Assembly: GCA_964584805.1 (NCBI GenBank)
Contig: CAZPAY010000009.1
Span: 12,293-76,292, forward strand
Direction: 5' to 3'
From: an uncultured Planctomycetales bacterium
GTDB taxonomy: Bacteria; Planctomycetota; UBA1135
Length of the DNA: 64,000 bases
The position numbers and the translations under genes were made by a program. Below the pieces are notes generated by a model, which did no database searches, was not told where the DNA came from, and saw only the letters and a list, made by a program, of their open reading frames with translations. This document shows positions 40,044-50,699 of this stretch, one piece after another. Numbering within the stretch: the first letter of the stretch is position 1; every line of letters starts with the position of its first letter.

Positions 40044-41335
40044 GTGGCGTGGTGGAAAGAGTCTGCAGCTGCGCGACCAATATCACGGCGAAGAGTTTTC
40101 CCTTCGAATTCAATTGCATCGCAGGCGGCGTAAGCTCGCTCACGAGCCTGCCCCATGTTTTCACCTAATGCCGTGACCGCTAAGACGCGACCGCCCGCCG
40201 TGAGCAATTGCCCCTCGGAATCGAGCGTTGTGCCTGCGTGAAAGACTTGCAGCGTCTCGTCTTGCTCAATCGCATCAACACCCTGAATCGGGATACTTGT
40301 CTCATAACTGGCCGGGTAGCCACCTGACGCCAAAACGACGCAACACGCGGCGCGTGAATCCCACTCGGGTGCCTCAAGCTCATCGAGATTCCCATTCGCA
40401 CAGGCGAGCAAATAAGGGACGAGGTCTGATTTGAAGCGCATCATCAAAACCTGGCACTCAGGGTCACCAAAGCGCACATTGTATTCCAGCACTTTGGGCC
40501 CAACGGCCGTCATCATGAGGCCGGCAAACAAAACGCCAGAAAAGCGGCGGCCTTCGTGATTCATGCCGTGAAGCGTTGGCAACATGACCTCGCGCTCAAT
40601 GGCCTCATCCATGCGGTCGGAAATCTTTGCATTGGGGCTAATCACGCCCATGCCACCCGTATTGGGACCTTTGCCGCCATCAAGTAAAGCCTTGTGGTCT
40701 TGGCATGTTTCGAGAGGCATGAAGGTTTTGCCATCGGTCAAACAAAAAGCACTCGTCTCATATCCGTTAATAAATTCTTCCACCAAAATGACATCGCCCG
40801 CATCGCCAAAGGCTTTGCGCTCGAGCATATTGCGTGCCGCATCTTTTGCGACCTCGGCACTCTCGGCGATTACCACACCCTTACCCGCGGCAAGGCCTGA
40901 GGCCTTAACCACGACGGGATAACGCAAATCACTCTCCAAATAACTGATTGCGGCGCTCACATTGCGAAACAAACGATGCCCACCTGTAGGAATGCGATGC
41001 CGTGACATGACCTCTTTACAGTACGCCTTGGAACCTTCCAACTCGGCGGCGGCCTTGGATGGCCCGAAGACCGCGACGCCCACCTCGCGTAAAGCGTCGG
41101 CGAGGCCGTCGACAAGGGGCACCTCTGGCCCAATGACTGCAAGGGTTATTCCATGCTCTTGAGCAAAAGCCGCCACGGCTGTTGAGTCAGAAACAGCAAG
41201 GTCGACATTCGTGCCGTGAAGCGCCGTGCCAGGGTTGCCAGGAGCAATCCACAATTGCTCGAGGAGAGGAGATTGGGCGATTTTCCAAGCAAGGGAATGC
41301 TCGCGGCCGCCGGAGCCAATGAGAAGGATGCGCAT
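40040..41335 (-). CDS. purD: Phosphoribosylamine--glycine ligase
   Basis: 431 aa starting [18 protein letters not shown], with an ATP-grasp core ([12 protein letters not shown]). Confidence 0.95.
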   Translation of the reverse strand: MRILLIGSGGREHSLAWKIAQSPLLEQLWIAPGNPGTALHGTNVDLAVSDSTAVAAFAQEHGITLAVIGPEVPLVDGLADALREVGVAVFGPSKAAAELEGSKAYCKEVMSRHRIPTGGHRLFRNVSAAISYLESDLRYPVVVKASGLAAGKGVVIAESAEVAKDAARNMLERKAFGDAGDVILVEEFINGYETSAFCLTDGKTFMPLETCQDHKALLDGGKGPNTGGMGVISPNAKISDRMDEAIEREVMLPTLHGMNHEGRRFSGVLFAGLMMTAVGPKVLEYNVRFGDPECQVLMMRFKSDLVPYLLACANGNLDELEAPEWDSRAACCVVLASGGYPASYETSIPIQGVDAIEQDETLQVFHAGTTLDSEGQLLTAGGRVLAVTALGENMGQARERAYAACDAIEFEGKTLRRDIGRAAADSFHHAT

Positions 41336-41349
41336 GGGGGGTTCAGTCG

Positions 41350-41368
41350 TAGACTATGACGCAGTCTA
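41350..41368. promoter_or_regulatory. 19-bp palindrome TAGACT-N7-AGTCTA in the purD/kinase divergent region
   Basis: Perfect 6-bp arms. It lies 15 nt from the purD ATG and 49 nt from the kinase ATG. No known operator consensus was matched. Confidence 0.3.
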
Positions 41369-41416
41369 AGCATCCCGTAGATTGATGGGAAGCCAAGACT
41401 GCCGCCCCCTACCTCC

Positions 41417-42544
41417 ATGCATCCACCTCGCGACCCTCAGCCATTCCATCTGCCCGACAGTGGCCAGCTTAATCCCAAGCTGCTTGCTCAGATGACCGAC
41501 ATGAGCCCCGACGCGATTTTGTTCATCGACACGCGTCACACCATCCGATATTGGAATCAGGGAGCCGAAGATTTGTTCGGCTATACCGCGGAAGAGGCAA
41601 ACGGTAGCTACTTTGACCTACTCGTCCCCCGCGATTTACTCAAGGCGGGCGAGCTCGACAACATTAAGGCTGCCACGGAAAAGACCGGCACAATCCATAA
41701 TTATGTCACGCAGCGCGTCACGCGCGACGGTCGCATCCTGACGGTTTCCCTTTCACGCACACGCATGCTCTCTTCGCAGGGCACAACGGTCGGATGGGGT
41801 GTCATCCTGCGTGACATTACCGATTGGGAAAGTTTGCACGCTGAGCTTGATGCCGCAAAACACTTAGGGCAAATTGGCGAGCTCGCTTCGCAAATTGCAC
41901 ATGAAGTCCGTAACCCGTTAGCCGGGATTCACGGCGCTTTGCAAATTTTGCGACGGCGCGCGGAATCGGGGTCGGAAGAAGACGAGATTTTTGCAGAAAT
42001 CGGTTCGGAAATTGGCCGGCTGGATCACCTCGTCACCGACCTTCTGCGCTTTGGCCGCCCCGCGAGTGCCCAAAAAAATCCAACCCAACTCGACGAATGG
42101 GTCGTCGACTGGATGGGGCAAATGGAGCGAGAGGCCACTCAACGCGATGTCTCTATGGTTTTCGAATCTGACCGTCCCACCCTGGTTGACCTCGATGGCA
42201 TGCTCTTGAGTCAAATATTGCGCAATCTGTTTGAAAATGCTCGCGAGGCAAAAGATGGTGCGCTCACGATTCACATGAAGTTAGATGTAAACGAGGGCAT
42301 GGCCAAGTTGACCTTTCAAGATGATGGCCCGGGAATCCCTAAAGAGATTCAGGAAAAGATTCTCGAACCATTCTTCACGACTAAAACCCGAGGCTCTGGG
42401 CTTGGGCTTGCCATCTGCCGACGGCATGTAGCCTCTCTGGGTGGCCACCTGCAAATCGTGCCTCCTCTCGACGACGGGCATGGCGCTTGCTTCGAATTGC
42501 GCCTTCCCCTCGCAGGGCCAGAAAAAACTAATCGCTTAGATTGA
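41417..42544 (+). CDS. Soluble PAS-domain sensor histidine kinase (NtrB-like)
   Basis: PAS domain (DAILFIDTRHTIRYWNQGAEDLFGY), H-box SQIAHEVRNPLAGI, N-box LRNLFENAREA, and G-boxes DDGPGIP and GSGLGLAI. No TM segment. Confidence 0.85.
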   Translation: MHPPRDPQPFHLPDSGQLNPKLLAQMTDMSPDAILFIDTRHTIRYWNQGAEDLFGYTAEEANGSYFDLLVPRDLLKAGELDNIKAATEKTGTIHNYVTQRVTRDGRILTVSLSRTRMLSSQGTTVGWGVILRDITDWESLHAELDAAKHLGQIGELASQIAHEVRNPLAGIHGALQILRRRAESGSEEDEIFAEIGSEIGRLDHLVTDLLRFGRPASAQKNPTQLDEWVVDWMGQMEREATQRDVSMVFESDRPTLVDLDGMLLSQILRNLFENAREAKDGALTIHMKLDVNEGMAKLTFQDDGPGIPKEIQEKILEPFFTTKTRGSGLGLAICRRHVASLGGHLQIVPPLDDGHGACFELRLPLAGPEKTNRLD

Positions 42545-43946
42545 ACTTTTCGATTCGATAACGAATCTGATCTCGGGTCAGGCCCAGCCATTTAGCAGCA
42601 CGCGTGCGATTACCATCGGCACGCTGAAGCGCATCTTCTACCCATGCCTTTTCTTGTCGGGTCAAATCGACTCCATCCGCAGGAAGCGACAAGAGCCCAT
42701 CTTCACACATGATTGCACTCGGCTCTGTCGAGGAAGGCGGGAAAGCTGTGGCGGCGCCCAAATCAGCAATCTCGGGTGGCAAATCCTCGAGCAAAATCTG
42801 TTGGCTGCCAGACAACAATACGGCACGCTCAATCGCGTTACGCAATTCTCGCACATTTCCAGGCCATGCATAAGCGTCAAGCGCAAGAAGGGCTTCCTCG
42901 GAAAAAGAATCAACTGAAACACCAAGCTCGCGCTGAAAACTGTCTAGAAAATGCTCGGCCAAAGGGCGAATATCTTCTAATCGATGACGCAAAGGAGGGA
43001 TTTCGATGGGTACGACTTTTAACCGAAAGAATAAATCTTGTCGGAAGTTGCCTGCCTCGACTTCCTTGGCGAGATCGCGGTGTGTTGCAGCCACGACACG
43101 TGCTTTTAAAGAAATTTCACGCGTGCCACCTACGCGTCGGAAGACGCGGTCTTCGAGTAGGGTTAGCAGTTTCGCTTGCATAGCAGGTGGCAAGTCACCG
43201 ATTTCGTCCAAGAACAGCGTGCCGCCAGCCGCCAACTCGGCGAGGCCAATTTTGGTTTCTTTTGCATCGGTGAATGCACCCTTTTCATGCCCGAACAATT
43301 CGGACTCGAGCAAAGTTTCAGTAATCGAAGTGCAAGAAACGGGGACGAATGGCATGTCATCACAGCCCGAAGATGAGGCGTGAAGAGTGCGCGCAGCCAA
43401 CCCCTTGCCTGTGCCACTCTCACCATTGAGCAAAACCGAACTTGCCCCGGCACGCCCCACCTTTTGCAGCAAGGTCAAAACCTTGCGACTGGCTGGCGAC
43501 TCTGCCACAGGCCAAGTAAAGCCCGCATCACGGCTCTGAAGCAGCTTGCCTTGGCGCAATCGTCGCTGCTCAAGAGCGCGACTCGATTTAAGCAAAAGGT
43601 CATCAAGTTCAAACGGCTTGGCCAAGTAATCAAAAGCCCCCGCTTGCATGGCCACGACGGCCCCTTGCAAGGAACCAAATGCCGTAATAATCAATACGGG
43701 CAACTGCGCGTCTTGAGCCTTAACCTCGGCAAGCAAATCCATGCCAGAGCCATCGGGTAATTTCAAATCGAGCACCAATAGGTCGGGCCAGTTTGAATCT
43801 AATTTTTCACGCGCCTCGGCAAGGTCAGCCGCTTCCTCGACAATAGCGCGCGCGCCTTCGAAAGCCGCACGCAGCGTCCAGCGAATCATCCGCTCGTCGT
43901 CAACGACGAGGATATTGGGTGCCGGTTCAGAAAAGCGAAAAGCCAC
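42528..43946 (-). CDS. Sigma-54-dependent response regulator (NtrC family bEBP)
   Basis: REC domain (ILVVDDE, LVLDLKLPDG), Walker A GESGTGKG, GAFTDA in place of GAFTGA, Walker B LFLDEIGDL, and HTH AAKWLGLTRDQIRYRIEKF. Its 3' end overlaps the convergent kinase gene by 17 nt. Confidence 0.9.
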   Translation of the reverse strand: MAFRFSEPAPNILVVDDERMIRWTLRAAFEGARAIVEEAADLAEAREKLDSNWPDLLVLDLKLPDGSGMDLLAEVKAQDAQLPVLIITAFGSLQGAVVAMQAGAFDYLAKPFELDDLLLKSSRALEQRRLRQGKLLQSRDAGFTWPVAESPASRKVLTLLQKVGRAGASSVLLNGESGTGKGLAARTLHASSSGCDDMPFVPVSCTSITETLLESELFGHEKGAFTDAKETKIGLAELAAGGTLFLDEIGDLPPAMQAKLLTLLEDRVFRRVGGTREISLKARVVAATHRDLAKEVEAGNFRQDLFFRLKVVPIEIPPLRHRLEDIRPLAEHFLDSFQRELGVSVDSFSEEALLALDAYAWPGNVRELRNAIERAVLLSGSQQILLEDLPPEIADLGAATAFPPSSTEPSAIMCEDGLLSLPADGVDLTRQEKAWVEDALQRADGNRTRAAKWLGLTRDQIRYRIEKFNLSD

Positions 43947-43965
43947 GCTTAGATTTTACGACATA

Positions 43966-46581
43966 TTAGTTGAGACTCTTGGAAACAATTTCCCAGACAT
44001 CTTTCGACAACCCGTCTGTATCACGGATGCGAACTAACTGCTTTTTCATTAACGATTGGCGGTTTTCATCAAACTGCTTCCAAGTGCTGAATGGAGCCAC
44101 GATACGCGAGGCAATTTGTGGGTTCAGTTTGTCGAGTGCGAGCACTTGATCTCCCAAGAAGGTGTAGCCCGCGCCATCAGCGGCGTGGAAACGCACTTGG
44201 TTCGCAGAGAAGGTGCGAAGAAGCGCGCGTACATTGTTTGGATTCTTCAATGTAAACGCTTCGTGAGTCAACAAAGCCTGAACCTGCTCAAGCGTGTCGG
44301 CGCAACTTGAGCCCGCTTGAACCGCGAGCCATTTGTTAACCACCAAGACATCATCTTTCCACTTGGCGTAGAAATGAGCCAGCGCATCCTTTCGAGCCTC
44401 GCCACCCAGCTCGACGAGGCAACCCAAAGCAGCCATCGAGTCAGTCATGTTGCTTGCGTTTGCAAATTGAGTCTGCGCCATCGCAAGTGCAGCGTCATCT
44501 TCGAGACTCGACAAGTAACCCATGCAAAGATTATGCATCCGGCGACGGGCAATCGAATCTGCATCAGGTGAGTAAGGGCCATCAAACTCGGTGGCGGTGT
44601 AAACCGAATTCAACTCAGTCTTGAAAGTCTCGGCGAGTTTACGCACCACCCACTTACGAGCTTCGTGCAAGGCATCCGGGTCAACGACATCCATCTCACC
44701 TGCCAAAGTCGCCTCATCAGGCAAACGCAAAGCATAAGCTTGCAAGGAGCGATCCATCCCTTCGGCCTGCAGAGTGCGCCCCCAAGCGGCAACAAAAGTT
44801 TCCGGCAGAGTTGGCTCCTCACCGTTTTGGACGGCACGCATCACATCAAATACAACGCGCTCACCCAATTTTTGGCCGGCCTCCCAGCGATTAAAACTAT
44901 CCGAATCATGCGCCATCAAGAAAGCCAATTCTTGACTCGACTGCTCAAAACGCAAGCGCACGGGTGCCGAGAAACCTCGCAGCAAACTCGCGACGGGCGC
45001 ATCGCTGAGGCCATCAAAAACAAACTCTTGCGAGGCTTCGGTCAGCTCACAAACGCGCGTGCCGACGAGGTCGTTACCGTCTGAATCCAACAAACCAATC
45101 GCGACTGGAATATGGAAAGGCTTCTTTGTTTCTTGCCCTGGTGTGGCATCGCAAGATTGGGTCAGCTTTACCGTGTAAGTGCCTGCATCGGCCGACCAAG
45201 TGGTCCTGGCCTCAACGGTCGGCGTGCCGGCTTGTGCATACCAATTTTCAAACAAAGTGAAATCGACATCATTTGCGTCGGCCATTGCAGCGCGGAAATC
45301 ATCGCAGGTCACTGCACCGCCATCGTGGCGCTCAAAATACAAATCCATGCCTTTCCGGAAGCCTTCCGCCCCCAGCAAAGTGTGATACATCCGGATGATT
45401 TCGGAGCCCTTGTTGTACACCGTCACGGTGTAAAAATTATTCATCTCGACATATGAATCGGGGCGAATGGAGTGAGCCATTGGGCCGCCATCTTGAGGGA
45501 ATTGCATCGCGCGTAAGATGCTCACATTTTCGATGCGATTCACTGCGGCTGACCCCATGTCAGACGAAAACTCTTGATCGCGGAATACCGTCAAACCCTC
45601 TTTTAGAGTCAGCTGAAACCAATCCTTGCAAGTCACACGGTTGCCAGTCCAGTTGTGGAAATATTCGTGGCCAATCACGCCCTCGATGCGCTCGTAATCC
45701 AAATCTGTCGCCGTATCCGGCCGCGCCAAAACGAGAGATGAATTGAAAACATTAAGCGACTTGTTTTCCATCGCCCCCATGTTGAAATCATGCACAACAA
45801 CGATGTTGTACAAATCCAAATCGTATTCGAGACCGTAAACATCCTCATCCCACTTCATGGATTTCTTCAAGGAAAGCATGGCATGATCGAGGCGGTCTTC
45901 TGAGCCGTGATTCGTCCAAATCCAAAGGTCAACATTGCGGCCGCTCATGGTTGTGAAAGTATCTTTTTGGTGCGCCAAATCACCGGCAACCAAAGCAAAG
46001 AGATAACTCGGCTTCACAAAGGGGTCTTCCCAAATGGCCCAGTGTCGCCCGCCATCTGCGTCGCCACTATCCTTTAAGTTTCCGTTAGAAAGTAAAACGG
46101 GGTAAGTCGCCTTATCAGCCTCAATACGCACGGAATAGCGCGCCATCACATCGGGGCGATCCAAAAAGGGAGTAATCGCGCGGAAGCCCTCGGCCTCGCA
46201 TTGAGTGCAGTAGTTTCCGCTCGACTGATACAAACCCTCGAGGCGCGTGTTTTCCTGCGGTTTGATATTCACCTCAGTCGTCAAAATAAAAGCATCATGA
46301 TTAATTCCTTGAATCACTAGCTCGCTGCCATCGTGCGCCCAAGTCGCGGCATCAAGCGGCTCATCATCGACCCAAACACCGACGACCTCCATATGCTCCG
46401 CCTTCAAGCGCATCGCCTTACCTACGGCGCAGGTGCCGCGGCGCATCGCCGAATCAGCCCGCACCACGGTCACCTCTTCATTCAACTGAAAATCAAGTTG
46501 AACCGTATCAACAAAAAAGGGAGGCTCTTGGTAATCCTTGCGGAATTTCTCAATGGGCTGCGCGGGTGCGGATGTCGTCAT
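43966..46581 (-). CDS. pepN: Aminopeptidase N
   Basis: 871 aa with GAMENKSLN and the zinc motif HEYFHNWTGNRVT...E. Confidence 0.95.
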   Translation of the reverse strand: MTTSAPAQPIEKFRKDYQEPPFFVDTVQLDFQLNEEVTVVRADSAMRRGTCAVGKAMRLKAEHMEVVGVWVDDEPLDAATWAHDGSELVIQGINHDAFILTTEVNIKPQENTRLEGLYQSSGNYCTQCEAEGFRAITPFLDRPDVMARYSVRIEADKATYPVLLSNGNLKDSGDADGGRHWAIWEDPFVKPSYLFALVAGDLAHQKDTFTTMSGRNVDLWIWTNHGSEDRLDHAMLSLKKSMKWDEDVYGLEYDLDLYNIVVVHDFNMGAMENKSLNVFNSSLVLARPDTATDLDYERIEGVIGHEYFHNWTGNRVTCKDWFQLTLKEGLTVFRDQEFSSDMGSAAVNRIENVSILRAMQFPQDGGPMAHSIRPDSYVEMNNFYTVTVYNKGSEIIRMYHTLLGAEGFRKGMDLYFERHDGGAVTCDDFRAAMADANDVDFTLFENWYAQAGTPTVEARTTWSADAGTYTVKLTQSCDATPGQETKKPFHIPVAIGLLDSDGNDLVGTRVCELTEASQEFVFDGLSDAPVASLLRGFSAPVRLRFEQSSQELAFLMAHDSDSFNRWEAGQKLGERVVFDVMRAVQNGEEPTLPETFVAAWGRTLQAEGMDRSLQAYALRLPDEATLAGEMDVVDPDALHEARKWVVRKLAETFKTELNSVYTATEFDGPYSPDADSIARRRMHNLCMGYLSSLEDDAALAMAQTQFANASNMTDSMAALGCLVELGGEARKDALAHFYAKWKDDVLVVNKWLAVQAGSSCADTLEQVQALLTHEAFTLKNPNNVRALLRTFSANQVRFHAADGAGYTFLGDQVLALDKLNPQIASRIVAPFSTWKQFDENRQSLMKKQLVRIRDTDGLSKDVWEIVSKSLN

Positions 46582-46631
46582 GACGTGATTCTAACTCCCC
46601 CAGCCCACGACTCATGGGCTAGAATGGGAGA

Positions 46632-48257
46632 ATGCGAACTCCTAGCACTCTTGCGCTTGCGGGCATCTTCTGCCTCGTGCCAACCGCGCCATCCCTGGCC
46701 GCGCAAGACCTTCTTTGGTCCACCGAAGGCGAAAGCACCTACGAAAATGTAGGCAAGGCCTTGGCCGCACTTGAAGATTTTGATGGCGATGGCGTCCGTG
46801 ATTTGATTCTTGGCGCTCCGGGGGCAAAAAATGCAACCGGTCAAACCGTCGGGCAGGCTCGAATTGTCTCGGGAGCTACCGGACAGATTCTCCACACCCT
46901 TGAGGGCAGCCAAGCCTACGCATCTTTCGGCAGCGTGATTTCCTCAGGAGTCGATTGCAACGGCGACGGATGGCCCGATTTTGCAATCTCCGCGACTGGC
47001 TACGACACGGCTTCAACAGCCAATGCTGGGCAAGTCACGCTCTATTCGGGGCGTACGCTGCAAGTCATCCGAACTTGGGAAGGCGGCTCATCCAACACCG
47101 AATTCGGCTCGGCGCTTGCGCTCATTGACGACATCAACGGCGACGGGCTGGGCGATATCCTTTGTGGCGCACACAAGGGTGCGACTTACGGGGGCAACCT
47201 GAATGGCCTTCTCTTTGCTTGGTCTGGCGCAGACGGCTCGACCATCCATCAACTTGAGGGCAAAACCGTCGGCGATCATTTCGGTTGGGCGATTGCCGCC
47301 CTCGGCGACACCAACGGCGACGGCCGGCCTGAATTTGTCGTCGGCGCGCCCTACGCTAACCCAGCAGGCGAGGCTTATCTCATCAATGGCGCAACAGGCG
47401 CCACCCTTCATACGATTTATGGTGCTCAAAATGATGACCGTTGGGGTCGCTCTGTTTGCGCCGCGCCAGACCTTGATGGCGATAATCGCCCAGACTTCAT
47501 CGTTGCCTCTCCGGAAGTGACGATTCATTCAATGGACGACACGGGCCAATTTCAGATTTACTCTTCTGCTACGGGGGCTGCCCTGCTTCAAGTAGATGGT
47601 GAAATCCCTGGTGGTTTTTTTGCAGACACTCTTGCGCTCACCGGAGTTGATAATGATTTCAACGGTGATTTTTTCCCTGACCTTCTCATCGGGATGCCTC
47701 GGCGCGACCCCAATTCCCTGGCCGATGCAGGCACCGTGCAACTTTGGTCACTGAATCCACCTGAACTCTTGCATAGCTTTCACGGCAATGAAAGCGGTGA
47801 GCTGCTCGGGGCATCGGCATGCACTGTCCCTGCAGCAACGGGCTCTCTCTATTCCAAGTTTTGGCTCGGGGCGCCTGGTGCGACCAGCTCTTCCATGCGC
47901 CAAGCAGGCCGCTCAGATTTCTGGCGAATCACACTTCCGCCATTCTTGATGAGTTCGCCGCTAAGCGCTGGCACCCTCGCCAGTTTCGACCTATTCCGTC
48001 TTCTGCCGCAATCAGAAGCCACGATTCTCGCTTCATTCAAGGGCAATGGCCCCACACCGACGCCGTATGGATGGATTGATTTGAGCCCACCCTTTCAAAT
48101 ATTGCCCCCCCAAGTTTCCACGGTTAACGGCCAAATGAGCCTGTCCGTGTACTTGCCACCAAGCCTGCAAGGTAGGCCTGTTTGGCTTCAAGGAGCCAAC
48201 CGATGGCCTAGTGGCGAAATCCTTTTCAGCAACCCTCTCGCAAAAGCCATCCAGTAG
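46632..48257 (+). CDS. Secreted FG-GAP (integrin-alpha-like) repeat protein
   Basis: Signal peptide plus six Ca-binding-type repeats ([88 protein letters not shown]). Confidence 0.8.
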   Translation: MRTPSTLALAGIFCLVPTAPSLAAQDLLWSTEGESTYENVGKALAALEDFDGDGVRDLILGAPGAKNATGQTVGQARIVSGATGQILHTLEGSQAYASFGSVISSGVDCNGDGWPDFAISATGYDTASTANAGQVTLYSGRTLQVIRTWEGGSSNTEFGSALALIDDINGDGLGDILCGAHKGATYGGNLNGLLFAWSGADGSTIHQLEGKTVGDHFGWAIAALGDTNGDGRPEFVVGAPYANPAGEAYLINGATGATLHTIYGAQNDDRWGRSVCAAPDLDGDNRPDFIVASPEVTIHSMDDTGQFQIYSSATGAALLQVDGEIPGGFFADTLALTGVDNDFNGDFFPDLLIGMPRRDPNSLADAGTVQLWSLNPPELLHSFHGNESGELLGASACTVPAATGSLYSKFWLGAPGATSSSMRQAGRSDFWRITLPPFLMSSPLSAGTLASFDLFRLLPQSEATILASFKGNGPTPTPYGWIDLSPPFQILPPQVSTVNGQMSLSVYLPPSLQGRPVWLQGANRWPSGEILFSNPLAKAIQ

Positions 48258-48278
48258 GCCGTAGAATTCCGAACCAAC

Positions 48279-48355
48279 GCGCCCGTAGCTCAGCTGGATA
48301 GAGCACCGGACTTCTAATCCGACGGTCGAGGGTTCGAATCCTTCCGGGCGCGCCA
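48279..48355 (+). tRNA. tRNA-Arg (anticodon TCT)
   Basis: Cloverleaf read by eye. The acceptor gcgcccg/cgggcgc pairs, the anticodon loop is cTTCTAa, the T-loop is ggttcgaatcc, and CCA is encoded. Confidence 0.9.
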
Positions 48356-48375
48356 TCTTGGTGTATGCTTGAGAG

Positions 48376-50448
48376 GTGGCCTCCCTCCTTCCCTTCCTAA
48401 CCCTGCTCCTTGCCCAATACCCTGCTCCAACGGGGCATGCCGGCTATACCGAAGCAGGTGATTTCATTTTCCTCACCGATGAGGTGATGCAAATCGAGGT
48501 CACGATGGCTCCTTCCGACCTTGACTGGCTCTTGGCCAACAAAGACACGCGCGTCTACAAGTCATGCACCGTGCGCCTTTTGAATTCGGTAATGGACGAG
48601 ACCATTCTTGATGTTGGCATCCGTCCTCGCGGTAATAGCGCACGCGACGCCAAGAAAAATCCGTGGAAGTTTTCTTTTAATGAATTCGTTCCTGGCCGCG
48701 AAATCCATGGTTTGCAAAAAATGAATCTGGGTGGCGATGCGCCTGACCCAAGTTTGGCGCGCTCGACGGTTGGTTTTTATCTGCAACGCTCGATGGGAGT
48801 GCCTGCGCCTCGAAATCATTACGCATGGATCACCATCAATGATGGGTTGCTTGTTGACGGCTTGTATATTCATGCCGAGCAAATCGACGACGAATTTGTT
48901 GATGCGTGGTTTGGCAATGAAGACGGGGTGCTCTACAAATGCCGCCACAAAGATGTTGCCGCCAACTTGACTTGGAAATCCCCTGGCACGCCCGCCACTT
49001 ACGCGGCTCTCGAAGCTTATGAGGAAGAGCTACAAGGTGGGGATTACGCTCCGCTGGCTGACTTCATTGAGTTCTTGAAATTTTCCGATGATGCTACTTT
49101 TGCGGCAGAAATTCACCAGCATTTCAATATTGACGGCTTCCTTCGGGCGCAGGCTGTTGACATGGTTACGGGCCAATGGGATGGCTACTGGATTGGCGGC
49201 AACAATTACGATTTGTACCTCAACACCAAGACAAACCGCTTTGAATACATCCCTTGGGATTTAGACCACGCTTTTGGCTTAGATTATTGGATTTTCCCTT
49301 TCTTGTTTGGCACTAATTTCGCGCGCCGCGCTTATGACGGTTGGGGTGCGCATGGTTTTGGCGCACCCGCAATTTTGCTTACCCGGCTACTTGACATTCC
49401 ACAATACGAAGCGAAGCTGCAGCAATATTCGCGAGATTTGGTGACGGGGCCTTTTCACCCCTCCCGCCTTGGCCCATTCCTCGATCACCTTGAGTCGCTG
49501 ACGACTCCCCTCGCATTCACAGGTTCTTTTTCTGGCTCATCCATGGACAACGGGTGGACGAATACCAAAAACCAAGAGGCCTACTATTTCCCAGATAAGT
49601 ACAAAAGTCTTCAGAATCCAGACACTTGGGGTATGCACCCGTTTATTAAAGAGCGCACAGATTATGTGCTCTCGCACTTCCCTGTGCCGGCTTCCCCACC
49701 CGCGTTACGCATCAATGAGTTGGTCGCGAAAAACACGAGCATCCTTGCCGACGAAACAGGCACCTACGAAGACTATGTCGAGCTCTTCAACAACTCCGAC
49801 ACAACATTCGACGCAAGTGGCTACACGCTCACAGATGAGCCTGGCCTATCCGCAGGTTGGGAAATCCCAATGGGCACCACAATTGCCCCTTACACCACAC
49901 TCTTGATTTGGTGTGACAATGACGGTGCCGATGGGCCTCTTCATGCAAATTTCAAGCTGAGCGCGTCGGGTGACGGCGTTTACCTTTTCGCACCGAATGC
50001 GGCTGGATGTTTCCTCGTTGACTCCATGCTTTTTGATGCCCTCGGCGATGACCTCGCGATGGCGCGCTACCCCGATGGCGGCTCCTTCTCACAAATAGGT
50101 GTTGCACCGACACCTTTGGCCAGCAATGTACCAGCGGGTTTCTTACTTGCGCCCCTCGGAAATTGCGAGTCGCCGATGCAAATAGCCGTGACCGGTGCCA
50201 CGCCCCACGGCCTCATTGCCATCGTGGCGGGGATGAACACGGGCTCCTTCACCATTCCCGCAGGCCTTGCTTGCGCGGGCACCCCACTTGGCCTTGACGC
50301 GAGCGCCTTCCTCGCAGCCACCGGCGCGGCTGACGGCTCTGGCACACTACTCTTGCCGGCGACCCCTCCGGATTCGGCTTGCGGGGTGGTGCAACTCCAG
50401 GCCCTTGAGCTGGGCTCTTGCGCAACGACCCCCACAACGGGGCTTTAA
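48376..50448 (+). CDS. CotH-family (atypical kinase fold) secreted protein with lamin-tail-like domain
   Basis: CotH motifs [10 protein letters not shown] and [29 protein letters not shown]-like segment [10 protein letters not shown]...[21 protein letters not shown]. The GTG start lies 20 nt after tRNA-Arg. Confidence 0.75.
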   Translation: MASLLPFLTLLLAQYPAPTGHAGYTEAGDFIFLTDEVMQIEVTMAPSDLDWLLANKDTRVYKSCTVRLLNSVMDETILDVGIRPRGNSARDAKKNPWKFSFNEFVPGREIHGLQKMNLGGDAPDPSLARSTVGFYLQRSMGVPAPRNHYAWITINDGLLVDGLYIHAEQIDDEFVDAWFGNEDGVLYKCRHKDVAANLTWKSPGTPATYAALEAYEEELQGGDYAPLADFIEFLKFSDDATFAAEIHQHFNIDGFLRAQAVDMVTGQWDGYWIGGNNYDLYLNTKTNRFEYIPWDLDHAFGLDYWIFPFLFGTNFARRAYDGWGAHGFGAPAILLTRLLDIPQYEAKLQQYSRDLVTGPFHPSRLGPFLDHLESLTTPLAFTGSFSGSSMDNGWTNTKNQEAYYFPDKYKSLQNPDTWGMHPFIKERTDYVLSHFPVPASPPALRINELVAKNTSILADETGTYEDYVELFNNSDTTFDASGYTLTDEPGLSAGWEIPMGTTIAPYTTLLIWCDNDGADGPLHANFKLSASGDGVYLFAPNAAGCFLVDSMLFDALGDDLAMARYPDGGSFSQIGVAPTPLASNVPAGFLLAPLGNCESPMQIAVTGATPHGLIAIVAGMNTGSFTIPAGLACAGTPLGLDASAFLAATGAADGSGTLLLPATPPDSACGVVQLQALELGSCATTPTTGL

Positions 50449-50517
50449 CTCAGCTTTAAGGGAAATTCGACTTTCCCTCAGGGCGGGATTCCGCTAAACT
50501 TCTCGCCCGAACTGGTT

Positions 50518-50595
50518 GGTGGACATAGCTCAGTTGGTTAGAGCACCAGATTGTGGTTCTGGGGGTCGGGGGTTCAAATCCCCTTGTCCACCCCA
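50518..50595 (+). tRNA. tRNA-His (anticodon GTG) with encoded G-1
   Basis: Acceptor gtggaca/tgtccac pairs. An extra 5' G lies opposite the discriminator C. The anticodon loop is tTGTGg, and CCA is encoded. Confidence 0.9.
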
Positions 50596-50604
50596 TTCGG
50601 GTTC

Positions 50605-50689
50605 GCGAGAGTGGCGGAATTGGCAGACGCGCTAGATTTAGGATCTAGTATCGAAAGATGTGGGGGTTCAAGTCCCCCCTCTCGCACCA
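50605..50689 (+). tRNA. tRNA-Leu (anticodon TAG)
   Basis: Acceptor gcgagag/ctctcgc pairs. The anticodon loop is tTTAGg, the variable arm is long, and CCA is encoded. Confidence 0.9.
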
Positions 50690-50699
50690 CCCACCCAAC

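Noticed and set aside
50459-50478. Hairpin agggaaa-ttcgac-tttccct after cotH as an intrinsic terminator
   Set aside because: The stem is only 7 bp and is followed by cagggcggg rather than a T tract.
48279-50689. tRNA-flanked cotH as a genomic island
   Set aside because: There is no integrase, no direct repeat of a tRNA 3' end that I could find, and only a single cargo gene. This is better explained as tRNA genes embedded in a gene string.
50658-50699. ORF-track start of the ThiF-like gene
   Set aside because: It lies inside tRNA-Leu (50605..50689). The ATG at 50700 gives a normal ThiF/MoeB N-terminus.
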